A stretch of DNA of 64,000 bases from Eledone cirrhosa (taxonomy: Eukaryota). Positions 1 through 11,821 of the stretch are shown here, in pieces. The first letter of the stretch is position 1. Every line of letters begins with the position of its first letter. The stretch spans positions 16,802,001-16,866,000 of the forward strand of contig OZ024758.1 of NCBI GenBank assembly GCA_964016885.1, read 5' to 3'. Position numbers and translations under genes: made by a program. The notes beneath the pieces are model-generated. The model worked only from the letters and a program-made list of their open reading frames with translations, searched no databases and was not told where the DNA came from.

Positions 1-42
1 GGCCTTGTGCCTATAGTAGAAATCATTATTTGATACAACACA

Positions 43-213
43 TGGCGGTGATTGGCAGTATCGGTAAAGAGTCGGAGAGTTACGGCCCTTTCCATTCTGA
101 GTTCAAATCCCGCCAAGGTTAACTTTGCCTTTCATCCTTACGGGGTCGATAAAATAAAGTACCAGTAATACAGTGGTAATTGCTGGCCTTGTACCAAAAG
201 TACAAACAATTAT
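43..213 (+). mobile_element. tRNA-derived SINE, family 1
   Basis: A-box-like TGGCAGTATCGG, B-box GAGTTCAAATCC, core TTTGCCTTTCATCCTTACGGGGTCGATAAAATAAAGTACCAG and tail GCTGGCCTTGT...ACAATTA; about 20 copies in the window. Bases 1-30 are the tail of another copy. Confidence 0.9.
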
Positions 214-1133
214 TAAAATAGTAATGTAAGTTTAAATCTGGGTTGAATGGTTGAATATATATATTCTTTCAGCATTTAACTCTGAGGGTTTTATATTTTT
301 GCAGATACAATGTTGTGGGTCTGGAAATGTAACTTAATTTCATTTTGATTAAAACTTCATACTTTACAAGTAGAATCATAATTAGAATAATACTTATCAA
401 CGTGATAAATATTAATTAGTGTTATTAACAGAGGAAATTGTCTGAAAACCGTTAACACTTTGATAGCTTCTGCTTGAATGAAAGTTCACCTACTTTCAGA
501 AATAGTTAGATTAAAATTATGTCTTTCCTGTTGTTCAGAGGACACTCGATTTTCATATGACCAATCCAATATAAGACGATAAGTGTTATATGTAATCCTT
601 TGTGGCAAGTTAAAATTGCATTTCATTCACTGTCTGACAAAAGGAAGTGTCAATACTTGAGGAAATAGCAAGTGTTTCACATGATTGAAGAATTCTACAA
701 GAACTGTAGTTCACTTTTCTACCGATGTTCATAATAGTTTATTTGCATTATTACCGGTGTCTTTTCAGGTTGCTGAGTGACCACCACGTGAAGCTTTAGA
801 CGTTTAGGGGTTAGATTGTAGTTCTTATTATCCTTTTTTACGTAAGTGCCAAAATCGGGCGAGCGCGTTGTTGTCTCTTTGGGAAAAAAACCGTAAATTC
901 CCTTCTTCAGAGAGTAAGGAACTCTCAGAAAAAAAAATTATTATTTTGTTGGTTTTCAATATTGTGTTTAATTCTCTCTATGGGGAAAAATTGTCCTTTA
1001 GTAGAATCTTGGTATATTGCGCAATGGAATACATTAATTCATCCATCCATTCTTTTTTTCTCCTAAGAATCAAGTGTATATACTTTAAAACTAATTTTAT
1101 TGTTTTTAATACATTTATTTTCTATATTTAAGT

Positions 1134-1432
1134 AGGAGGGTCGCCTGAAATGTTCATAGACTGACCATGATACTCTCATGGACTGACCAAATGAGGTATA
1201 TTTTTCAACATATTCCCTAGAGAGAAACACTGCAGTTATTAATAAGAAGAGTTCATATGTTGACTAAGATACTCTCGTGAAATGATCAAATGAGGTATAT
1301 TTTTCAACATAGACTCTGGAGAGAAACAATGCGGTTATTAATAAGAAGGGTTGAAGTTAATGCACGCAAGATTTCACAGCTCTAGCATCACTCTATAGTC
1401 AGCTTATGAACATTTCTTTCAGTCGTCCATTT
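1134..1432. mobile_element. mariner-type MITE with internal ~100-bp tandem duplication
   Basis: Ends GAGGGTCGCCTGAAATGTTCATAGACTGAC and GTCAGCTTATGAACATTTC..TTCAGTCGTCC are imperfect TIRs; same family as 17694-18113; the GATACTCTC...CAAATGAGG...TTATTAATAAGAAG unit occurs twice. Confidence 0.65.
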
Positions 1433-1759
1433 TATGTAAGAAATCAGTCATATGGTTAACCTGTAGACAATAGAAGTCAACGTAATAGAAGACGTAAATG
1501 AAATATTACTTAAATGATAAGGACCATAATTTGAAGTAAAATATGATGGATTTAAACTATTCCAGTTCTACTGACTCAAATCTTTAATCTGTGAAATATG
1601 AATAAACAATTCTGAATCTCTTTTATATAAAAGATTTTACTAAATAATTTCCAGAGAATATAACTTCGTAATATTTTCGATAACGCCAAATAAACCCATA
1701 CCAGATTGACATAACAAAAGTTACATGAAACAGGAAATAGCTGTTGCAATATATAATAG

Positions 1760-1935
1760 ACTTAAGTACATACATGCATACACAAATTCATACACAAATG
1801 CCTACATACGTAGGTACATATGTACTCATATACACATACAAATATACTTAGATATTGATGTTCATACATACGTACGTATATATACATACATATATACTTA
1901 CGTATTAACATGCATACATACATACTTACGTGTTA

Positions 1936-1968
<33 letters not shown>

Positions 1969-2590
1969 CTTACATATTAACACGCATACATAAGTACGTA
2001 TATACACACACACACACATATATATACATATATATGCTTACATACGTACATTCATACTTATGTATATACACATATATATATATATGTATGTATATATGCT
2101 TACATACGTACAATCATACGCACGTATATACACACATATATATATATATGTATATATGTATATGCTTACATACGTACATTCATACGTACGTATACATGCA
2201 TGCATATATATATACACATATGTATTCCTACTTACGTACATTCATATGTTCGTATATATGAACGTATATATACATATATACTTCATATTAACGTACATAA
2301 ATACGTACATATATACGCATACATATCTATACACATACATATTGATGTGCATACATACGTAGGTATATATAAATATATATCACTTATTGTCATTCATATA
2401 TACAGACGTACGTATATATATAGATATATATGTACATACATAGATACACACGTACGTATATATAGATATATTCGTACATACATACACAGGTACGTATATG
2501 TATATTTATATACTTACATATTGACTTACATACATATAAACATACATACATACGTATATAACACACTTATATACATATTTACGTTCATAG
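1760..2590. repeat. degenerate (AC/AT/ACGT)n microsatellite
   Basis: Low-complexity TACA/TATA/TACG runs; source of the Y/I/H/T ORFs. Confidence 0.9.
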
Positions 2591-3093
2591 ACTGTCATAG
2601 AAATGATTGCAAAATATGCACTGAAGACAAAACACAAATAAAGCAAGCAAACAAACCTGTGTGAAAATTGTAAACAGAAGCCATAATAATTAATATGGAT
2701 TTAGTGATAACACATCACTTATAAAAAGTTGTTTATGCGATTTATTATTTTCTGATATTCAATTCAAAATAGATTCCAAATTGACTTCAGGAAGCCATGA
2801 TAATATATGAATTTATTTTTCTCGAAAAGGAGAGACAACCGAAGCAAAATGGAATGCAAATTGATTAGAAAATACAGGTAAAACTGTTATGAGTAATCAA
2901 AAGCAATGATGAGAAAATAAAATAAAATAAAATAAATTAAAATAAAGCCACAGAAATCTAACCAAACCAAACAAAAGAAAACAAAACGTATAAATGAATG
3001 CATATGATGTTGACTTATTTTGGTAAATGGACTAAAATATACATATATATAAATTACGGATTCATTCTTATGATAGGTTTTGAAATGGTTTAT

Positions 3094-3171
3094 GTAGTAG
3101 CATTATATTATTTGCAGATGTGCATCTTATTATATTAAATGTAAAATGAAACACACACACAATATATATAT

Positions 3172-3214
<43 letters not shown>

Positions 3215-3263
3215 CATTTTACATTTAATATAATAAGACGCACATCTGCAAATAATATAATGC

Positions 3264-3270
<7 letters not shown>
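3094..3270. repeat. fold-back palindrome with central (CA)(TA)(TG) tract
   Basis: GTAGTAGCATTATATTATTTGCAGATGTGC...GAAACACAC is the reverse complement of GTGTTTC...GCACATCTGCAAATAATATAATGCTACTA; abuts (TA)n. Confidence 0.8.
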
Positions 3271-3294
<24 letters not shown>

Positions 3295-3299
<5 letters not shown>

Positions 3300-3979
3300 T
3301 AAAATAACAGATTAAAGTTTAAGCAAAGAATCGCTGCTTTCACCCTTAACGGGATCTTCTGAAACTAACAAAGTCAATCTGTAAACGCAGAACTGGATAT
3401 TTCAAAAAACGTTGCAACCAGAGGAAGACAGGAAGACGATACTTTGGTTCGTGGTTACATTCGCTGGCAACGAACGGGAAAAAACGAATAATACGTCATT
3501 AATAGGAGCGGTGAAAAACAATTACGCACAAAGACAAAACCACGTTTATGGTATAAAAGAGGTCGTAGACTAATGTTCTCTTAGGTGGTGCATAGAGACG
3601 TTCTCTGGCAATGAACGAAAAAACGAAGATAAGTCATATGTGGAGCGTGGAGAACAATAACACGCAAAGACAAAACCACGTAAATGGTATAGCAGAAATC
3701 GTAGACTAAAATTCTAACTAGGAGACCAAATGAATCTCCGCTACAGAGTTAAGAACAAAGTAAATAAATATTTTTTGAAATATCCAGTTCTACGTTTACA
3801 GATTGACTTTGTTAGTTTCAGAAGATCCCGTTAAGGGTGAAAGCAGCGATTCTTTGCTTAAACTTTAATCTGTTATTTTAATAAATATTTGCTCTACGGT
3901 TCTTATATATTTGATATATATTTTCCTTATCGAGCCCTCTTTGGATTTTAGTCTTCAATTTTATTATTATTAGTATTAT

Positions 3980-3984
<5 letters not shown>
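3295..3984 (+). mobile_element. PLE-derived HHR element, family A, with inverted arms, in (TA)n
   Basis: ~115-bp inverted arms (3295-3410 vs 3770-3885), ~95-nt tail ending TTATTATTAC(TA)n, HHR fold at 3814-3864 and its mirror, internal ~140-bp diverged direct repeat at 3460-3722. Confidence 0.75.
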
Positions 3985-4023
<39 letters not shown>

Positions 4024-4180
4024 GCGTTAAACAAGAATCTCATTCCTTCTCTATTGAATTTATTACGTTTTCGTATTTTCTCATTATTAGGGTATAAATG
4101 TTGAGTTTTCTCATAGGTTAAGCACTACCTTGATTAAACCTTAACCATTTAACATCTCAGGGTATGTCATGTATCATTAT

Positions 4181-4233
4181 ATTTTGTCTGATGAGGACGT
4201 ACTGTTGTACCTCTGAAATATGTATAATAAAAT
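4181..4233 (+). ncRNA. type I hammerhead ribozyme motif in a (TA)n-flanked element (4020-4285)
   Basis: Stem I ATTTTGT/ATAAAAT; CTGATGA; stem II GGACGTAC-TGTT-GTACCTCT; GAAA-TATGT-ATA. Confidence 0.75.
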
Positions 4234-4336
4234 TTAATTGATCAAAAGAACATCTATTTTATTAATATTTGTATTTTAATATATACATATATATATCGAG
4301 CCCTCTTTGGATTTTAGTCTTCAAATTTATTATTAT

Positions 4337-4402
<66 letters not shown>

Positions 4403-4471
4403 AACATACGTAAGCAAATCTTTAGTAAGGGTTTGAAATAATTTTGCTTGTATGTATTTATATATTTTAGC

Positions 4472-4511
<40 letters not shown>

Positions 4512-4580
4512 TATGAAGAGAGAAGAAACATTTAGATATAATTAGTAATAAAATGTATCGTACCTAAACTGCTCCTAGAG

Positions 4581-4670
4581 TCCTCGACTACGTAGTTTCG
4601 TGGCATAAACAAAATCAATACATCATAAAGATATAGAGTCCTTGCGAGGTCTGCCGACTTATCAAGAGGA
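4581..4670 (-). ncRNA. hammerhead motif with U3-A8 core in a (TA)n-flanked element (4510-4772)
   Basis: Minus strand reads TCCTC-TTGATAA-GTCGGCA...TGCCAC-GAAAC-TACGTA-GTC-GAGGA; stem I is a perfect 5 bp and loop 3 is palindromic. Confidence 0.7.
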
Positions 4671-4772
4671 TACCTCATTTTACTAGTCTCAAGAACGCGC
4701 CCACACGACGTGAGAAAGAATCCCAAAAGGCGGAGGGGGAGATAGTCACGCGATATAACGGTCGAGAAACAG

Positions 4773-4831
<59 letters not shown>

Positions 4832-4833
4832 CT

Positions 4834-5001
4834 CAGTGGCTCCCAAAGTGGGTTCCGCAAACGAGTGTCTGTGATTTCATGAAGAAAGGTAGAGGACTAT
4901 ATTTATATTTCGACCATATAGCAATTTTAGACTTTGGGGTTCCGTCCAAAAGTTTCTGAACAAAAAAAGGGTTCCGCGTTTGAAACAGTTTGGGAAACCA
5001 T
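4834..5001. mobile_element. hAT (Charlie-like) MITE
   Basis: CAGTGGCTCCCAAAGT ... AGTTTGGGAAACCA imperfect TIRs with GGGTTCCG subterminal motifs; TSD not clear. Confidence 0.6.
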
Positions 5002-6614
5002 AATATATGAAATGGTTGCGGTTTGTCCCCTTCCGAAACCTCTTTGGGGTCTCGAGACACAACAAATCGTAGGCCCATTACCAGTTTATGCAGCATGAGA
5101 TGGAGATAGCAATATATTATTCTAACACACCCCTCTAGGCAGGGGCCTCGTTTGCCATAAAAATGTGAGGGGGACAAATCAACATTTCTTTATTCTTAAA
5201 GGAGCATAAATTACATATAGTACCCTATCACATAAGGAAAATTTTATGCTACTTAAATTTTATATATTCAAATGAAGTTCACATATAAAAACCTTAAAAC
5301 GAACTTATATCAAATAAACAAACAATAAAATATAGACGCTTGAAAAAGTGGGGGAGACTTGTACTCTCGTACTCTCCCGAAGCAAGGCCCTTGCCTCTAG
5401 GTAAGGCCAGAACGCCTCACTTGTTAACCTGTCTGTGGTTCTGTAAGCTTCTCTCCGCCCCTTCCATCGCTTTCTCCTCCATATCTATCCACCCATCGAT
5501 CCATCTATTTATCTGGGAATCAGCTATGTTGCTAGATTTGTCGAAGAAATAACTTTACCAGCTAAACGCGCTTATTCAACAGATGAATATGCTAATTGAA
5601 CCTAATAACTTGGTCAGAGTGGTTTGCCCGCTTTGGATATAAAATGTTTTATGAAATTCACAAGCAGAAATAAAATGTTGGATAATAAAATGAGTGTATA
5701 TATATATATATGTGCGTGTGTGTATATATATATGTGTGTGTGTGTATGTGTGTATATATACATGTACACACGTTTATATTTATATGTGTGTGTATATATA
5801 TATATATACACACGTTTATATTTATGTGTGTGTGTATATATATATATATAGGTGGGTATCTGTGAATGAGTAACTGTTTTATTAAACTGATGTGTCCAAT
5901 AAAATACGTTTCCTTTGTTAAAAACCACTTCGGGTGCAAAGCGGGTACGTTAGCCGCCTTTATTAAATGCACCTATATACCGAGAATGTTATATAAATCC
6001 TGATATTAAAAGTATTTACACAAAGTAATATATATGGTGGGAATAGCATTGATAGTAATGATGATGGAGTAGAGTAAAAAATATAACCGTGGTAAATATA
6101 TTGGTAAAATATAGATAAGGAAAAAGATAGAATAATATATAAGTTGATAAATGAAAGTTACATAGATGGATAGATACAGAGGAAATAAAAAATACATATC
6201 ATGGGAATTTTATCCACAGTGATGGTGATGAAATAGGATGGGAAATAAACAATGGAATAAAGACTAAAAGTGTGAAATTATAAATGTAAGTACCAATATA
6301 GAATATGCAGTCATGAAATGATAGATAAATACGTGGGTAGAAAGGTAGAAAGATGTGTAAATAGATGTGTAAAGAGATGTGTAAAGAGATGTGTAAATAG
6401 ATGTGTAAATAGATGTGTAAAGAGATGTGTAAAAAGGTGTGTAAAAAGAGAAAAAAGATGAAAAAGAAAAAGATGAAAAAGAAAAAGAAAAAGAAAAAGA
6501 AAAAGAAAAAGAAAAAGAATAAAAAGAAGAAAAAGAAGAAAAAGAGGGAAAAAGAGGAAAAAAGAGGAAAAAAAGGAAAAAGAGGAAAAAGAGGAAAAAG
6601 AGGAAAAAGAGACG

Positions 6615-6758
6615 CTACTGGTACTTTATTTTATCGACCCCGAAAGGATGAAAGGCAAAGCTAAGCTCGGTGGTATTTAAACTCAGAACGTAAAGGCCCG
6701 TAACTCTGCCTCGAAGCATGTTATCCGACACTCCACTGATACTGCCAATTCACCACCT
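6615..6758 (-). mobile_element. SINE family 1
   Basis: Reverse complement of the family-1 head and core. Confidence 0.85.
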
Positions 6759-6807
6759 TAATAATGATTTCTGATTTAGGAACAATGCCAGCAATTTTGG
6801 GGGAACG

Positions 6808-6915
6808 GGCAAAACCAACTGGCAGGAGACCGAAGGGTAGACCCCCCAAGTAAGATGGTTGGATAATATCCATGCGCTTGGGGTTGAAACCGGATCAGTT
6901 GGAGACAGTTGCTTC
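6808..6915 (+). pseudogene. RTE-like LINE ORF C-terminal remnant
   Basis: Translates with a frameshift as KPTGRRPKGRP..RWLDNI, matching the GxRxxGRPxxRWxDxI motif of RTE/CR1-group RT C-termini; interrupted by the SINE array. Confidence 0.45.
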
Positions 6916-7265
6916 TAGCATGGCTTAATGGTTAGAGCATTGGGCGTGCACTCGAAAGGTTGTGAGTTGAATTCTCAGACCGGGTGATGTGTTGTTTCCT
7001 TGAGCAAGACACTTTGCTTCTAGCATGGCTTACTGGTTAGAGCATTGGGCTTGCACTCGAAAGGTTGTGAGTTCAATTCTCAGACCGGGTGATGTGTTGT
7101 TTCCTTGAGCAAGACACTTTGCTTCTAGCATGGCTTACTGGTTAGAGCATTGGGCTTGCACTCGAAAGGTTGTGAGTTCAATTCTCAGACCGGGTGATGT
7201 GTTGTTTCCTTGAGCAAGACACTATTTCACGTTGCTCCAATTTACTCAGCTATAGAAATGAGATG
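6910..7265 (+). mobile_element. SINE family 2 (tRNA head plus CORE-like domain), 5' part triplicated
   Basis: Three ~105-bp units at 6910, 7015 and 7120: TGGCTTA.TGGTTAGAGC...GAGTTCAATTC...CCTTGAGCAAGACACT; the last unit continues TTTCACGTTGCTCCA.TTTACTCAGCT. Confidence 0.85.
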
Positions 7266-7658
7266 ATATGACTGGGCTCCCTATCATTAAATCACCCAAG
7301 ACACCTCCACCGAGATATACCTTGGAGGAGGCCAGCTAAACCTGCATAGGTGTGAGCTGTCACACACACATACAAAAGGACCCACTGGAAGGAGCGTTGG
7401 TGTACTCACCCCACAAGACTTTCTCAAGCGATGAAGACGAAAGAGAGGGAAAGTGGATTATATTGGCCAATGTTTTATTGGTAGTTTATTTTTAATGTCC
7501 TCGGAAGAATGAAATGTGAAGTTAATCTCAGCAGGGATTTCAACGTAGAAAGTCGTAACATCCAATGCGAGTGAAGAGAACATAAAAGTTAATTCGGGGC
7601 TTGTTTCCAGACTCGCAAAAGTACACATGAAAATGGGTAAGAAAACTCTTTCTTCATA

Positions 7659-7689
<31 letters not shown>

Positions 7690-8217
7690 GCACACACACA
7701 TATACACCCACACATATACACATATACACACACGCATATACACATATATATACACACACACATATACACATATATATACACACATATACACATATACACA
7801 CATATACACATATACACACATATATACACACATATATACACACATATATACACACACACATATATATATACATACAAACCCGTATATACATACATATATA
7901 TATATATATACATACATGCACACATATATATATACACACACACAAACCCCTATATACATATATATACATACACACATTCACACACATATATACACACACA
8001 TACATTCACACACATATATACGCACAACATATATACGCACACATTCGGAATTTATTTAAGAACACGGACATTGAGATATAGAGCACGTGATTTATAAAGA
8101 GCAATGGGCTTTACAATATATTTGTAAAGATCATAGGTTTTGGAAGATGTGAGTACGATAGATCTCCCAACTTAGGTTTTTACATCAGCCATGCAATTCA
8201 TAAAGAACACCTCAGAA

Positions 8218-8842
8218 ATAAACATTTCTACTTTTGGCACAAGGCTAGCAATTATCCCAGTGTATTACTGGTACTTTATTTTTATCGACCCCGTAAGGAT
8301 GAAAGGCAAAGTTAACCTCGACGGGATTTGAACTCAGATTATAAAGGGCCACAACTCTATGCTGCAACGCATGGTGTCCGACTCTCTACCGATATTGCTA
8401 ATCCACTGCCCTCCTGCCAATCCACCGCATAATAACGATTTCTAGGATAAGCACAAGGCCAGTAATTTGGGGGAGGGTAAAATCGATTAGATCGACCCCA
8501 GTACGTTACGGGGTCGATAAAATAAAGTACCAGTAGGGATGAAAGGCAAAGTTAACCTCGGCAGGGATTTGAACTCAGATCATAAAGGGCCGTAACTCTT
8601 TGCTGCAAAGCATGGCATCCGACACTCTACCGATACTGCCAATCCACTGCCACAGCTAACAATTGTTTCTCTGTTGGCACAAGGCCAGCAATTGCCCAGT
8701 GTATTACTGGTACTTTATTTTATCGACCCCGTAAGGATGAAAGGCAAAGTTAACCTCGGCGGGAATTGAACTCAGAATGGCAAGGGCATTAACTCTATGC
8801 GTCAAAGCATGGCATCCGACCCTCTACCGATACTGCCAATCT
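8218..8842 (-). mobile_element. three adjacent SINE family 1 copies
   Basis: Copies at about 8218-8410, 8430-8650 (rearranged) and 8660-8842. Confidence 0.85.
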
Positions 8843-9480
8843 AAACTATAATAAAGTAAGGAGTGCGGGACTGCTTCCAGAATATATTTTTTTTATCCCG
8901 TTTGTAATATAAGTTGGATTACTTTGAATAAATAATGAATGAATATTACATAATTTATCTATTAAATTTCGTTATTCTTGATTAAATGTAAATAATTTTG
9001 TTGCTTATTTTAAGATTCACTTCTTTAAAATGTTCAAATGTCAACACTTCCGGTTAGCGATCGCTTAAATAAACATTCATATATCTCTGTCACTAATTTT
9101 CTCCTAATGCAGTTTATATAAAATATCGTTTTTTTGTAATGTATCATGGATTACGTTACTGATTACATAAGACAGTGTAACACAGTCGTCGTTCAATTTC
9201 TATCTATATTGTTAATTATGATTTTATTTGATGTATCATATCTAAATGCATATATACTTGTGTATAATAGCAATATGCACACTACACATGCTAGCAGAAA
9301 ACTACCCGAAGGGTGGTTTTTGCTGCTAGTCCTCCTAATGGAAGAACAAATAAGAAAGAGGTGACAGCTGTGTGTAGTACAGAGTGGGCCAGAATTCCTG
9401 ACTAGCTTGTTAGTTATATTTCTTAACATATTTATATAAGCAGCGCATTGATTAAATGTGTACATTTAAGGTGTAATGAA

Positions 9481-9673
9481 GGGCGGTGAATTGGCAGTAT
9501 CGGTAGAGAGTGGGCTGGACGTCATGTTTTGAAGCAAAGAGTTACGGCCCTTTATGATCTGAGTTCAATCCTGCCGAGGTTAACTTTGCCTTTCATCCTT
9601 ACGGGGTCCATAAAATAAAGTACCAGTAACGTACTGGGTAATTGCTAGCCTTGTGCCAAAACTAGAAACAATT

Positions 9674-9675
<2 letters not shown>
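9481..9675 (+). mobile_element. SINE family 1
   Basis: Full head, core and tail. Confidence 0.9.
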
Positions 9676-9754
<79 letters not shown>

Positions 9755-10218
9755 GACATGTAGATAATGTAAAAGGAAATTGGAAATATATATATATAAT
9801 ATATGAGCCGTCCAATTTCCTTTACATTATATACATGTCTGCATACACAGACATGTATATAATTAACTAACTTATTTACAGAAAATTATTTTTCAGTGAA
9901 CATGATTGTAAAATAAATATTTTTAAATGAACAAACATGACCCAACGAGTCACGGGTGGTCTAGTATATTACTGACGATCTGTGATTGTGTGCTTGTCTA
10001 ATGTAATACAGTCCCAAACGGTGCATAATGCGAAAATACTTTGAAAGGAATTTGCCCCTGAAATGGGAATACAAATGGAATAAAACAAGTTTCGCGTAAA
10101 ACAGAGCACAGGTTCCCGAGATACGGGTTTTTTCCGTGTACATTCTTAAATAGGCAACAGCTCCGTGATAACCAATAACCCTCCCTCTATCTATATATTA
10201 TAACCCCGCCCCCCTCTC

Positions 10219-10260
<42 letters not shown>

Positions 10261-10390
10261 GGAGGTGAGTTTTATTGTAGTACAGTAAAGCAATGCAGAT
10301 ATCGGATAAGTAGCACTCTACAGTTTGTAGGACTGGAGTATAAATAATATAAGATCAAAACATGGAACTCTTTTAACCAGCTTTTGATCT

Positions 10391-10429
<39 letters not shown>

Positions 10430-10477
10430 CCCACTAACTATATATTATAACCCTCTTTCTTTCTATATATTAGAGCC

Positions 10478-10543
<66 letters not shown>

Positions 10544-10869
10544 TACTAGGCCACTCGTGACGCGTCGGGTTACGGGTGGTCTAGTATTTACCTTAAACAC
10601 ATCATAATTTCATGTAAGGACATTTTAAAAGTTATTTTTCAATCACAAGATGAATAATGAAAAAATTAGCTATATTATTTAATCTCACTAAATTCTCGAA
10701 TATTTCCAATATATTTTCAAAACCTTAGTCATTATCGTTACAGAAAAGCTAATGATCCGTAAAATTGGAAATATCTAAATGTATTGAGGTCCAATGAATT
10801 TCTGAGTGACTCAAGGGTAGTCAGACAAAAATGATTAGACATGAAAAAGTCCAAAGTCTGTCTTGAGCC

Positions 10870-11110
10870 CGAAGGCAAATCAGGCCGGTTTATACCGGTT
10901 TCTGTAGTGTAAAGAGAGAGTACAATACTTCCCCCTGGACAGTACGCCAGTCCATCGCAGGGTTAAACCTCCAGCAATTGCTGGTACTCATATTTAGCTG
11001 AGTTTACTGGAGCAACGTAAAATGAAGTGTTTTGATCAAGAACTCAACGCAATCCATTTCAGGAATCTAACCCACGACATTATGATCGTAAGTCCCACAC
11101 ATTTACCACA
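10870..11110 (-). mobile_element. SINE family 2
   Basis: CAGCTGAGTTTACTGGAGCAACGT-like core plus reverse tRNA head; homologous to 63190-63450. Confidence 0.75.
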
Positions 11111-11536
11111 ATATGTTTCCTCCTAGTTAAGGATCACACTGAACTCTTTATATAGGATACAATGTGATATTTTCTCGAATGTCCATTACCTTTCTCTATG
11201 CCTGAAGATTGTGAAGATTGCCACAGCAAGAAAGATTAACAAAAAGAGTCGGCTTGAGTCAGAAAATATTTTCACCTCCACACCAAACATTGGTAAATCA
11301 CGACAGAAAGCGAAGAAAATACAACACTGCAGAGATTCTATTAATAATTGTTTCCATTTACAGCAGAGCAGGAAATGTCAAACATATTTCAATTCGTCTT
11401 TCAGAATGTTCATGATTTCTTTGTTACGTCAATTATTTTTCACAAGAGGCCATCCTACTGGGGAAAGTGGGGAGTATGGGTTAACTTCACTGCTTTTTCA
11501 GTAACAATGTTCAGAATTAGAACTCAGATTCTACAT

Positions 11537-11821
11537 CAGGCATGGGCAACCTTTTTCGAGAAGCGAGCGGCATGAGATATGGTTCATCATCAGGGGGCCA
11601 CAAGCGCTAATTTACATTCATGCCCACATTAAAAAAAGGTCGGTAACTCGGGTTGTTTTTATTTGTTTCTTCAGAATTCGTACACATTGTTTTCCGTGTT
11701 TGTAAAAATGATAGAAAGATAAATTACGACTGAAAAGTTTGGGTAAAAAAAATCAAAGATTTCACAGGTGACTTAGGCGAGCCATTTGAAAGCTTCGCCG
11801 GCCGCAGGTTGGTCATGACCG
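11537..11821. mobile_element. hAT MITE
   Basis: TIRs CAGGCATGGGCAACCT / AGGTTGGTCATGACCG; exact 8-bp TSD TTCTACAT (11529-11536 and 11822-11829). Confidence 0.85.

Noticed and set aside
43-213. tRNA gene
   Set aside because: A/B boxes are present but there is no cloverleaf, and the sequence continues into the SINE core in many copies.
769-930. Possible 73-bp exon (CAG/GTTG...TAC/GTAAGT) and HHR-like CTGAAGA on the minus strand
   Set aside because: No partner exons or recognisable peptide; the HHR lacks an intact GAAA and stem III.
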